Assembly: GCF_006345805.1 (NCBI RefSeq)
Contig: NC_042997.1
Location: 11,222,001-11,286,000 of the forward strand
DNA from: Octopus sinensis
Taxonomy: Eukaryota
Length of the DNA: 64,000 nt
Reading direction: 5' to 3'
The translations under genes were made by a program, and so were the position numbers. This document shows, piece after piece, positions 12,901 to 25,303 of this stretch; the stretch's first letter is position 1; every line of letters starts with the position of its first letter. Under the pieces are notes generated by a model. That model was not told where the DNA came from. It saw only the letters and a program-made list of their open reading frames with translations, and did no database searches.

Positions 12901-13780
12901 GCAACTACACTTTAATGAGCAAATACAGGACCTTCTATATGGTTGTTCAACATGTAGAATTACAGTCAAATATTCCTCAAATTACATCTTACTGTATCAT
13001 CAGATAAGTGATTGTCACAGCTGGAATAATTTTGATCAAAAGTTTTCTCAATAACAGCTAATTTAGTGACCTGCAAATATCAATAAAACTTTCCATGAGG
13101 CAGGTAAACATTGACAGATTTGCTTTTAACTTCTTAAAAAAAGTATCCCCACCCTTTCTCTGTTAGAGTTGGTTATTCCCAAGACAAGATTACTTGAAGT
13201 TTGTTGTTGCTACTCTTAGAACAACTTTGAATGGTTTTAATAAGCCATCTTAAGTTTCACAATGTTCATCACACAACAGAATAATAGTAAGACGTGGGAG
13301 GGGGAAAGTCAGAATAATTTTTCAGATTGAGAAATACCTAAGTAATTGTTTTTTTTTTTCAAAGCAGAGAGAGAAAGAGAGACAGACAGAGAAGAGAAAG
13401 AGAGAGACAGACGGATAATGCTCGTCCACACACTTTCATATAAAAAGTGTATTTGTTTCTTTGTATGTATGCATCAAACTTTGAGAGCACAAGCCGACTA
13501 CAGAGTAACTACTCGACCTGTTAGCATCCAAATACCCATCAAATCTACCTTTACTCTATGAACTAAGGAGGGATACGTTAGATAAAAAAAGTCTAGAATA
13601 CGTTATCTGAATATAAAATACGATAGTCATAAATGGAATGCTTTTATTATAGGTCTGTTTGGTCACAGCTTACTTGCTGTTAAACAGCTTAGGACCTAAG
13701 CCTTAGGTGGTAGAGCCACTGCGTGAAGCCGCCACTCACAGTAGCATGTCTGCTTGAAATATCAACTAAATCTTGCTTAA

Positions 13781-14173
13781 GTGTGGTAAGTAGCTTGCTT
13801 ACCAACCACATGGTTCCGGGTTCAGTCCCACTGCATGGCACCTTGGGCAAGTGTCTTCTACTATAGCCTCGGGCCGACCAAAGCCTTGTGAGTGGATTTG
13901 GTAGACGGAAACTGAAAGAAGCCCGTCGTATATATATATATATGTATATATATATGTGTTTGTGTGTCTATGTTTGTCTCCCCAACATCGCTTGACAACC
14001 AATGCTGGTGTGTTTACGTCCCCGTTACTTAGCAGTTCGGCAAAAGAGACCGATAGGATAAGTACTAGGCTTACAAAGAATAAGCCCTGGGGTCGATTTG
14101 CTCGACTAAAAATGCGGTGCTCCAGCATGGCCGCAGTCAAATGACTGAAACAAGTAAAAGAGAGAAAGAGAAA
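13781..14173 (+). mobile_element. SINE family A, chimeric junction copy
   Basis: 5' part identical to the 16079 copy, 3' part identical to the 11481 copy. Confidence 0.88.
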
Positions 14174-16078
14174 TATTTACTAGTTACAAGTTTCCTGAGC
14201 CTCAAACATTTTTCAAGGCGACTGGTATAAAGTTCAAATTCTTAATATGCATAGAAGTTATGTCTACCTTGATAACTTCAGCCAAGCTTGGCTAAATTAC
14301 TATAATTTATATCATCATTCCTGCTATGAGTGAGAGTCTATCTTTTTTTGTTGCTGGAAGGGTTTCTTTATGTTTATTCTCATGTCTGTACTTAAGCACA
14401 GGCTAATGCCTGTTAATCTCAAAAACTGCATCCTTCAAAACTTCAATGCTTCCTGAGATTCGCCAACACTACACCTGATTTTCTCCCCTCCATACACAAG
14501 CAAGCATGTATCTGACTCATACACTGCTCACTTTCCAGACATTTGTACATTACTGCATATTCTTTATACACACTTTTGACAAGTTGTGGTGCACCTGAGC
14601 ATTGTATACAATAATTTCAATATTATTATTATCCGTGTCCGTTGCCAGCCTCGCCTGGCCCCCGTGCCGGTGACACGTAAAAGCACCATCCGTTCGTGGC
14701 CGTTTGCCAGCTCTGTCTGGCACCTGTGCGGGTGGCATGTAAAAAGCACCCACTACACTCACGGAGTGGTTGGCGTTAGGAAGGGCATCCAGCCGTAGAA
14801 ACACTGCCAGATCTGACTGGGCCTGATGAAGCCTTCCAGCTTCACAGACCCCAGTTGAACCGTCCAACCCATGCTAGCATGGAAAACGGACGCTAAATGA
14901 TGATGATGATGATGATGATTATTATTATTATTTTAAAAGAACTATTGCACAGCTAGACAGAGGAAAGCATCTTTCTGGTTTGTTAATGTAAGGCTGCCAT
15001 TCTCAACAGAGAGATAAATTTTATCTACTGATACATCCTCTTCAGCAAAATACATGTTCTTGTCTTCATATTTGATACCCATGTTTCACTACCAAACATT
15101 ATCACACACCTTACACATACTTCCTATTCTCTGCCTTTTATCCAGAGAAAGAAATACTTTGTTGACAACAGAGGAAATATCTTCTGACTTTCTTATTGTA
15201 GCAACTACACTTTAATGAGCAAATACAGGACCTTCTATATGGTTGTTCAACATGTTAGAATTACAGTCAAATATTCCTCAAATTACATCTTACTGTATCA
15301 TCAGATAAGTGATTGTCACAGCTGGAATAATTTTGATCAAAAGTTTTCTCAATAACAGCTAATTTAGTGACCTGCAAATATCAATAAAACTTTCCATGAG
15401 GCAGGTAAACATTGACAGATTTGCTTTTAACTTCTTAAAAAAAGTATCCCCACCCTTTCTCTGTTAGAGTTGGTTATTCCCAAGACAAGATTACTTGAAG
15501 TTTGTTGTTGCTACTCTTAGAACAACTTTGAATGGTTTTAATAAGCCATCTTAAGTTTCACAATGTTCATCACACAACAGAATAATAGTAAGACGCGGGA
15601 GGGGGAAAGTCAGAATAATTTTTCAGATTGAGAAATACCTAAGTAATTATTTTTTTTTTTCAAAGCAGAGAGAGAAAGAGAGACAGACAGAGAAGAGAAA
15701 GAGAGAGACAGACGGATAATGCTCGTCCACACACTTCATATAAAAAGTGTATTTGTTCTTTGTATGTATGCATCAAACTTGAGAGCACAAGCCGACTACA
15801 GAGTAACTACTCGACCTGTTAGCATCCAAATACCCATCAAATCTACCTTTACTCTATGAACTAAGGAGGGATACGTTAGATAAAAAAAGTCTAGAATACG
15901 TTATCTGAATATAAAATACGATAGTCATAAATGGAATGCTTTTATTATAGGTCTGTTTGGTCACAGCTTACTTGCTGTTAAACAGCTTAGGACCTAAGCC
16001 TTAGGTGGTAGAGCCACTGCGTGAAGCCGCCACTCACAGTAGCATGTCTGCTTGAAATATCAACTAAATCTTGCTTAA

Positions 16079-16465
16079 GTGTGGTAAGTAGCTTGCTTAC
16101 CAACCACATGGTTCCGGGTTCAGTCCCACTGCATGGCACCTTGGGCAAGTGTCTTCTACTATAGCCTCGGGCCGACCAAAGCCTTGTGAGTGGATTTGGT
16201 AGACGGAAACTGAAATAAGCCTGTCGTATATATGTATATGTATATATATGTGTGTGTGTGTCTGTGTTTGTCCCCTCAACATTGCTTGACAACTGATGCT
16301 GGTGTGTTTACGTCTCTGTAACTTAGCGGTTTGGCAAAAGGGACCGATAGAATAAGTACTAGACTTACAAAGAATAAGTCGTGGGATCGATTTGCTCGAA
16401 AAAAAAGGTGGTGCTCCAGCATGGCCACAGTCAAATGACTGAAACAAGTAAAAGAGTAAAGAGTA
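16079..16465 (+). mobile_element. SINE family A, right parent of tandem duplication
   Basis: Head truncated at gtgtggtaag; own diagnostic substitutions. Confidence 0.88.
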
Positions 16466-16679
16466 GGTCACATTCACCCACCCTTAAAAAATTGGAAGGA
16501 CATCCTAAATAATGTGCACAATTATTCACGATACATAATTCCTAAAATCAAAATGGTGTGGCCAATGACTGGAAATCTTTTGATCATACGCTCGCTCGAT
16601 CAGAATTATCCTAGGGCTAAACAACAACTTCGCTAGCAGAAGCTAAGAGCTAAGTTTTCATAGTTGACTGTATTTCACT

Positions 16680-17450
16680 GAACACCGTTCACCACTTCAC
16701 TTCCGTTATTTACGGTCCTATGCGACAAGTTAAGGTATCTCGACCCAACCCTTTATTGAGGGCAGGTCTTGCTTCTAAGTTTGTGATGAATCGTATTAAG
16801 ACACAACTTATTTCTTATATAAATATTTCAATCCACTCTAAGTATTTATAAAAAATATATATATATAACAACAAATTTGCTCAAGGAGCTTTATAGTTGG
16901 CAAAAGTTTGAAAATATAAATCATTATTTCACTCAGATCGACATTATATTCACACGGCTGGGAAAAAAAAAAGGTATAAATGTTTTTTTGCTTGCACGTT
17001 TCATTAATATTAATGAACTGATTATCGATCTGTATCAGATATTGATACACTGTCTATGATATATAACAGATATTTGATGTGATCGATCGGTACACGAAAA
17101 TTATTTGACGATGTCTATGAAACTTTTCTCTTGTTTTGTTTTGCTTTTTCGAATACATTATTGCTGCTTAGCTCCATGTTACCTCTGATCAAGCAGACTT
17201 GTTATAATTGTAGACGTTCCAGCCACGACATCTCGTCTTTTTTTATGAATCAAGCATTGTTTTGTCAAATCCGATTTGTCTTTCCTAATTTCAGATCGAA
17301 AACGGTGTGTTTTGAGTGAAAGTTGGTTGCCCGTTCTAGCTGATCGAACGACAGCGTAAATGCTCATTTGTATAATATAATGTAGCCTTCTGTTCAAAAG
17401 GAAAGCGCTGAGTACACAAAACATACAGAGGGATTCCTGGCAGGTTAATA
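16680..17450 (+). promoter_or_regulatory. Candidate promoter/first-exon region (possibly of the ZNF gene)
   Basis: Locally CpG-richer, SINE-free; ETS-type CACTTCCG 16698-16705, donor-like AAG|GTATCT at 16734/5, DRE-like ATCGAT cores near 17023 and 17082. Confidence 0.3.
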
Positions 17451-18063
17451 GAGACCTAGGATATTAAAATTACAATTTGGGTATATACTTATTCCGCCAC
17501 CCGGTTTAACATCACAAACTGATCTGAATATAAACTTCTTTCCTGCCAGTCACAGAACCCCTGGGATTGTTTGTAGCCATTGTCCTTCCACTTATAAGCC
17601 ATTTGAGACAGAGAAAGGGTGTGTGGCTTAATAGGGCACAGGAATAATAACATTAGAGGCTCGCTCCTAGACGATTTTCTTATTCTACCTGGTTCACGTC
17701 TACGCATGATTATTGTTCCACCTGTACAACATTTTTTTTTTCTTTTTCATCCAATTTTTCTTATTCAGCCGTAAACTTCAAAAAATATATGCAAACACAT
17801 AAACACGAGCGTCATTAAATTTTCTAGTGCTTCAAATATGTTACTGTAATCTTGATTTTTTTTTGTGTATAAGAAAATGTAATTTTACAAAATATATATT
17901 CAAAAGATAGAATATTGTTTCATTAGTTGTGAACGGTACTTCAGATTCTCTTTGAGTTAAAGTAAGGTTTTCGTGTTTCGTCGCCTAAGCAACAATACGA
18001 TGGACTCGTTAAACGATACTATGCTTGTTGAACATATATTCTATACTTAAAAACCATTACTTA

Positions 18064-18133
<70 letters not shown>

Positions 18134-18686
18134 TATATATATTTCAGGAATTACTATTTAATAAGGTTTGTGTTTGAATTCTGGAATCTGGTTTCTCTTT
18201 GTTCTTTCTAGTTTAGGGGCTTTGACTTGGATTTCTTTTTCATATAAAGTTAATGGGGGTGATTTACTTGCTATTTCTAACAGATTAAGCAAAGATTGTA
18301 GAAGCAACCTCATTGATTTGTTTCGTGTTTTGAAATTAGTATTGTTGTGAAAGTACAGTGGGGAAATTTTTTATCACCTAAACATCTCGACTTAACTATG
18401 GACAGGTGTACAAATTTTACATAAAATACAAATACATTTCTTTCTACGACAACATGAAACAATGTAAGTCAACAGATTAAAAATATCATCATCACACGTC
18501 CGTTTGACCTTGCTTGCATGGGTTGGACGAGTTTTACAGTAGCTCACACGACCTACTGTGATCCTTTGTTATCTGTCACACACAGTAATGAAGATAATAA
18601 CCAATCCATATAACCAATCCTTGTTTTATTTATATATATATATATATTTCCATCATTTTCTATATATAGGAGAAAAAATTTTTTTT

Positions 18687-18883
18687 AATTCAATGAAAGT
18701 GGAGAATACATACATAGAGTAATCAATTTATTACCATAGTCCAGTCAAATTAATAAGTTCATTCATATTGCCTATGCTGCATTTCGGCTGATTGCTGTAG
18801 GCAATATGAAAGAACTTATTAATTTGACTGGACTATGGTAATATTGATTACTCTATGTATGTATTCTCCATTTTCATAGAATT
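18687..18883. repeat. Fold-back inverted repeat
   Basis: Arms 18687-18774 / 18798-18883, 23-nt loop, about 4 mismatches. Confidence 0.9.
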
Positions 18884-18929
18884 TTTTAAAGTTTGTCTTC
18901 CTGTGGTGTTATGGGCTGTGATGAGCTAT

Positions 18930-19305
18930 GTGGTGTTGGTGGAGAGGATTGCAGATGAGGCAAACGGAAGTGAAGACTGCAGGGGCTGGTGGAAGAGCTA
19001 TGGGTGCATGCGTAGGCAAAAAGCACATGCGGGCAGTTCGATAAAAGACAGCAGCATGTAAGGACGTGTTTTTTCTTGACAGTGATTGCTCATCCCACCT
19101 AGGTAACCCAAGAATTTAAAAAGCGTCTGTTGTCCTTGGCAGGATGAGCGATCACTGTCGAGAAAAAACACGTCCTTGCACGTCGCTGCCTCATCGAACT
19201 GCCTGCACATTCTTTTTGTCCATGCATGCACCCGTGGCTCTTCCACCAGCCCCTGCTGTCTTCACTTCCATTAACCTCATCTGCAATCCTCTCCACAAAC
19301 ACTAC
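18930..19305. repeat. GC-rich inverted repeat (MITE-like)
   Basis: Arms 18930-19095 / 19142-19305, roughly 85% identical by eye, 46-nt spacer. Confidence 0.88.
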
Positions 19306-19329
19306 ACCTCCTATATCGAAAATGATGGA

Positions 19330-20400
19330 AATTTGGCTTGATGCATCTTTTCAAGTACAGCAAATCGCCACAACTCTCAGTCCATTGTCATTTACCTCAG
19401 TGTGGCCTAACAGCTGAAGATCCTTTCTCACCACTTCATTCCACATCTTCCTGTGTCTACCTCTTTGACAGGTTCCCTCCACAATTAGAGCTTGGCACTT
19501 GTTTATGCAGCTGTCCTCATCCATATGCATCACATAACCAAACTAGTGCAGCCTTCTCTCTTGCTCACTACATCTGATGCTTCTTATACCAAGTTATACT
19601 CTTAAGTCACTTACACTCTGTCACATGTACAACTATATCATCCACCCAGCAGAACATGCTAGCTCCATTTTTTTCAAGCCTTAGCAAATCCTCTGTGACC
19701 ATAACCAATGTTTCACTGCCATGTAGCATAGCTGTATGTACACAGGCATCCTACAATCTGCCTTTCACTCTAAGGGAGAGGCTCTTAGCTACCAACAAAA
19801 CTAGAAGCTCTCTGAACTCCGCCCAGCCCATTCTTATCCTAGCAACTATACTTTCAGAACTCTTTCCTCAACTGCTAACTTGGTCCCCAAGGTAACAGAA
19901 GCTATCTACTACTTCTAATGATCTACCCAAGCATTTGAGGGAGCCCTGTTGTCTGTGTGTTTTTAGTGCTTATTGTACCTGTACTTTTGCCACATACTAA
20001 GACTATATTCTCTGTTAACCTTTCTTTGATAGTACCACACCTCTTATGCACTGGGTACAATGCATGGAGTTTTTACCAACACCCCTTCTTATATAACAAG
20101 CAGGGCCATCTCTCAGAAGGGTCTTGTGGTTTGTCTGTTTTTCTAGTTACTAGGACTTTAATTTTTGCTAAATTAACTGTAAGGCCCTTAGATTCCAGAC
20201 CTTGTTTCCACACCTGAAATTTCTTCTTTTGGTCAGGTCCTAGATTCAGCTATAAGAACAAAGTCATCAGCATAGAAGAGCTCCCAGAGACAACCAGTCT
20301 TGAATTCTTCAGTTAAGGCCTGGAGGAAGCTAATCCTTTACTCTATTACTATTCTGAGTTTCTAATGTTATCATGTTCTTCAAGGATAGCAATGGCTTAG
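19330..20400 (-). mobile_element. Old RTE LINE relic with RT domain
   Basis: Minus strand EFKTGCLWELFYADDFVLIAES near 20250-20310 and C-terminal CQALIVEGTCQRGRHRKMWNEVVRKDL near 19400-19500; disrupted. Confidence 0.75.
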
Positions 20401-21221
20401 CTTTGAAAATAAATGAATAAAATATGTCATGTCATGCCATATTATGTGTGTGTGTGTGAATATCATATTTACATTATATTATATTTCTTTGTTGCCAACA
20501 GAAGTAATATCTCCTTAAACTTTTTGTATCCTGTTCTTGATCTGACTGCAATACTTTCAGAGTATTCTCTTCTACAGCTTTCTAGTCATCTAACCAACAG
20601 AAGCTATCAACTACTTGTATAAAGCCTTCAAATTGCTGCAAAGAATATGCCTTTGCTGTCTGTTAAAAGGCCCCTTACCCTTGTAATAACTAACAGTTAT
20701 ATTACTACACCAGTCACTGGGTGTTACACCTTCCTGAATGACCTAGTTAACTATGTGGGTGGCTAGCCTATATCCTACTTTACTGGATATTTCAAACATC
20801 TCAACTGTGGTTCTGGATGGACCAGAGGCTTTCCCTGGTTTTTCATGTTTTTAATTACCTTATCTACCATATCCACTAGGATAGCCGGTCCCCTTTGTAG
20901 GGTTCACATGAGGGAGACTCCCTTTATCCCATTCATTCTCTACATTCAACAGACCCACATAGTAAATTTTCCATCCGTCTTTCTTGTTCGCATCACTAAG
21001 TGCAAGCAGACCATTATCCATCCGTACGCACTTCCTTCCTACAATATCTCAATTCTCACTGTGACACTCCCTAGCAATCCAGAAAACTTCAAGCCTCAGG
21101 TCTTCATGCTGTAGGACATCGGCAAGCTTCTTTTCTGTGTCTACTCTAGCTAAATAAACCTAACATTTAACCTCCCTTTTAGCCTTCTGATATGATTCTT
21201 TGCTACCACCCCTCTTTTCCA

Positions 21222-21749
21222 TCATCATCATCATCGTTTAGCATCCGCTTTCCATGCTAGCATGGGTTGGACGGTTCAACTGGGGTCTGGGAAACCAGAA
21301 GGCTGCACAAGGCCCAGTTTGATCTGGCAATGTTTCTACGGCTGGATGCCCTTCCTAACGCCAACCACTCCATGAGTGTAGTGGGTGCTTTTTACGTGCC
21401 ACCGGCACAGGTGCCAGATGAGTCTGGCAAACGGCCACGATCAGATGCTGCTTTTTACGTACCACTGGCACGGGGGCCAGGCGAGGCTGGCAAACGGCCA
21501 CAATCGGATGGTGCTTTTTATGCGCCACCGCCACGGGGGCCAGGCGAGGCTGGCAATGGCCACGATCAGATGCTGCTTTTTACGTACCACTGGCACGGGG
21601 GCCAGGCGAGGCTGGCAATGGCCACGAACGGATGGTGCTTTTTACGTGCCACCGGCACGGGGGCCAGGCAGGGCTGGCAACGGCCACGAATGGATGGCCG
21701 TTGCCAGCCTCGCCTGGCCCCCGTGCCGGTGGCACGTAAAAAGCACCAT
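21222..21749 (-). mobile_element. RTE 3'-UTR copy with five ~62-bp minisatellite units and terminal fold-back
   Basis: Units start at 21385, 21448, 21511, 21573, 21635; inverted 55-bp copy at 21695-21749. Confidence 0.85.
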
Positions 21750-21932
21750 ATATATATATAAAACAATATGTATATAGGGCAGTCAAGAGCACCTATTAAA
21801 TTATTCTTTTTCTAATTGATTCAAAAAAGCATATAAAAACTAGACAGAAATAAATTAACTTTAAATGAAGGTTTGTTCAAGTCTAGATTGGAGCCAGTTG
21901 TTTTGTCATGAGAAACAGTAATTTAGGCCCTT

Positions 21933-22226
21933 AAGAAAAGGGTCAGGTTGACTATAAATGACCATTCTGTCTTAATGGTCAGATTTTGACCATTCTGTCT
22001 TAATGGTCAGATTTTAAGGAATTAAGTTCTAAACAGACTTAAGAATAAAATTAAGCATTTAGAGATAATAAAGGGACAGTTGTGAAGAAAGGGTCAGTCT
22101 TCACAACTGTCCCTTTATTATCTCTAAATGCTTAAATTTTATTCTTGAGTCTGTTTAGAACTTAATTCCTTAAAATCTGACCATTAAGACAGAATGGTCA
22201 TTTATAGTCAACCTGACCCTTTTCTT
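21933..22226. repeat. Long near-perfect palindrome
   Basis: Arms 21933-22088 / 22098-22226, 9-nt loop; arms differ by 1 substitution, 1 indel and a 28-bp duplication. Confidence 0.95.
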
Positions 22227-23287
22227 TTGTCTGCTTCTTTATTTACGTATTTTGTCTACACTATATCTATGGGTTTAGTAAACTGTTGAAAATACAAACA
22301 CACACATTTTATATACAAGTATCTCCCATATTACAGGAAGTGATGCATTCCTGTAAAACTTGTAATATGAAATCCTGTAAAACAATTTCATCTCATAATG
22401 TGATAATGTGTTCTGGTGGATTTTTTTGAAAAATCAACAACACTCTCACTTTTTTTGCATGAATATAACAAATGTCGATTGCATCGCCTTACTAGCACTT
22501 GTGCTGGTGGCACATGAAGCATTCGAGCGAGGTCGTCGCCAGTGCCGCTGGACTGGCTCCTGTGCAGGTGGCACATAAAAAGCACCATTTGGGCATGGCT
22601 GTTGCCAGTTCCACCAAACTGGCCCTCATCCTGGTGGCACGTAAAAGCACCCACTACACTCTCGGAGTGGTTGGCGTTAGGAAGAGCAGATTGGAGTCTG
22701 GTTCGCTAGACCTCAGTCAGATCATCCAACCCATGCTAGCATGGAAAGCGGATATTAAATGATGATGATGATGATGTCTAAAAAATACTCAGCACAATAT
22801 GTATTCATAAAAACATTTGGAAGAGTATATTAAGGGATAAATAAGAATTATAATAATAGGGTACATTCTTAACACAGAAGATATTGGCTACTGTGTGAAG
22901 GATAATGGGAGAATGAGGGACACTATCATCTGTCTTATAAGTTCATCAATATTTGCCTGACGGGTTAAGAGTTTATGCAAAATTGTTTGGTGTTTATGGT
23001 GTTTATCTTTGCACTGCTCAATATAAGAACTGAACTCATTGTAAACTCCTCTTATAATTGTTATGTTGCATTCACAGTTAGTCTTTTTCTAAAAAAAACT
23101 TGACATGCAGACCTTCCTCTATAAATGCCAACTCTTTGAGTCAATTCAAATAGAATTGGTGGAATTTCTGTATTTTCAGCTTGCTCTTGTTCTCACTGCT
23201 TCAATTCCTCATTAGATAAATGTTCGTCATGGAACTCTTAATAATTTAATAATCACAACATTCTCTGTGGAGTCCAGTTTGCTGGAC

Positions 23288-23500
23288 ATTGTTGTAGAGA
23301 TGAAAAGGAGGTAATTTCTACTCTTCTCCTCTCGAAGCCATCTGCTTGCTATACCAAAGGGCGCACACTCTCCTACCCTGATATAATCTCCGGGGATACA
23401 GGCATCCAGCAACAGGACCTTCGTAATGCTATGATGGACCGTGAAGTCTGGCGTAACATAGTAAATTCCATTGTCTCGACCACAGTTGAACAGTGATGAT
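23288..23500 (+). mobile_element. 3' fragment of a different RTE-like LINE inserted in the Tigger fossil
   Basis: RDEKEVISTLLL.KPS..YTKGRTLSYPDIISGDTGIQQQDLRNAMMDREVWRNIV followed by tgatgatga tail. Confidence 0.65.
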
Positions 23501-23751
23501 GACTTCTTCAAACCCTACATTATTTGCAAGGGTCACAAATATGTTTCTGAATTTGATGTAGACATCCTGCTTATGGGAAACTTGTAAAGTTACAGTTACA
23601 GTCTGACCATGTATTTTGCTAATCACCATTCAGAGTTGAGGTTTCCACTTCATCCCATAACTCAGTAATGTTACGCACAGCATCCATTATGGGGAAACAT
23701 CTTCCAAGAGTCTCTAACTAGGTTTATCCTCCTTGTTAATGTTTTCATAAG

Positions 23752-24118
23752 TTGTGGCACGTAAAAGCACCATCCGTTCGTGGCTGTTGCCAGCCTTGCC
23801 TGGCCCCCGTGCCAGTGGCACGTAAAAAGCACCATCTGATTGTGGCCGTTGCCAGCCTCGCCTGGCCCCTGTGCCGCTGGCACATAAAAAGCACCATCCG
23901 TCCATGGCTGTTTGCCAGCTCCGTCTGGCACCTGTGCGGGTGGCACGTAAAAAGCACCCACTACACTCACGGAGTGGTTGGCGTTAGGAAGGGCATCCAG
24001 CCGTAGAAACACTGCCAGATCAAACTGGGCCTGATGCAGCCTTCTGGCTTCACAGACCCCAGTTGAACCGTCCAACCCATGCTAGCATGGAAAGCGGATG
24101 CTAAATGATGATGATGAT
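23752..24118 (+). mobile_element. RTE 3'-UTR copy inserted in the Tigger fossil
   Basis: About three minisatellite units plus tail gctaaatgatgatgatg. Confidence 0.8.
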
Positions 24119-24397
24119 GTTTGAAAGTTCTTCTGGGATAATATTGAAGTTAACTATCCATTTGCTGCAGCAAAGAAGTTGTACACTTGGGGCTATATTC
24201 TGTTCTCACATTATTAGAAAACTTAATTAAGTTTACTAGGGGGTTCTTGGTTGCATTGTTTTAAAAAAGCAATGTTTTGCTGGAAATATGTCTGGCACTG
24301 TACCTTTCTACAGTAGGACAAAATCTATTCTTCAAAAAAGGCTCTTAGTCATCCATACCTTCTTATTTGAATACCAAATCAAAAGCAAATTAAATCT

Positions 24398-24555
24398 TGC
24401 AGGAGTGGCTGTGTGGTAAGTAGCTTGCTAACCAACCACATGGTTCCGGGTTCACTCCACTGCGTGGCATCTTGGGCAAGTGTCTTCTACTATAGCCTCG
24501 GGCCGACCAATGCCTTGTGAGTGGATTTGGTAGACGGAAACTGAAAGAAGCCTGT

Positions 24556-24588
<33 letters not shown>

Positions 24589-24795
24589 ATATGTTTGTGT
24601 GTCTGTGTTTGTCCCCCTAGCATTGCTTGACAACCGATGCTGGTGTGTTTACGTCCCCGTCACTTAGCGGTTCGGCAAAAAGAGACCGATAGAATAAGTA
24701 CTGGGCTTACAAAGAATAAGTCCCGGGGTCAATTTGCTCGACTAAAGGCGGTGCTCCAGCATGACCGCAGTCAAATGACTGAAACAAGTAAAAAA
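24398..24795 (+). mobile_element. SINE family A (inverted partner at 25052-25468, - strand)
   Basis: Two full copies tail-to-tail about 260 bp apart inside the Tigger fossil. Confidence 0.88.
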
Positions 24796-25271
24796 AATTT
24801 TTTAATAAAAAAAAACCTTGAAAACCCTTGGATTTTTGAGAGCGATACATGAGTAGGGGCTTTAATTTTGCACCAGTGGCATTTCCTCCCAGCAGATGTG
24901 TCAGACAATTTTTGGAAGCTTTAAATCCTGGTGTTGACTTTTCTATTCAAGGAACAAAAATTCTAGCAGGCATGAGCTTCTAGAAAAGTGCAATGTCATC
25001 AATATTGTATACTTGCTCTGGTGCATAGCTCCCTCCAGCAATCATTTTTTACAACTCTTTTACTTGTTTCAGTCATTTGACTGCAGCCATGCTGGAGCAC
25101 CGCCTTTAATCGAGTAACTCGACCCCGGGACTTATCCATTTTTTGTAAGCCCAGTACTTATTCTATCGGTCTCTTTTTGCCGAACGCTAAGTAACGGGGA
25201 CATAAACACACCAGCATCGGTCGTCAAGCAATGCTAGAGGGACAAACAGAGACACACAAACACACACACGC

Positions 25272-25303
<32 letters not shown>

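Larger units (their letters stand above)
11540..16220 (+). repeat. Tandem duplication, about 2298-2300 bp x2
   Basis: e.g. actagttaca at 11881 and 14179; atgctagcat at 12571 and 14871; only a handful of SNPs/indels between units. Confidence 0.95.

Noticed and set aside
21385-21690. CRISPR-like regularly spaced repeats
   Set aside because: Contiguous 62-63-bp tandem units with no unique spacers, inside a LINE UTR in eukaryotic DNA; no cas genes
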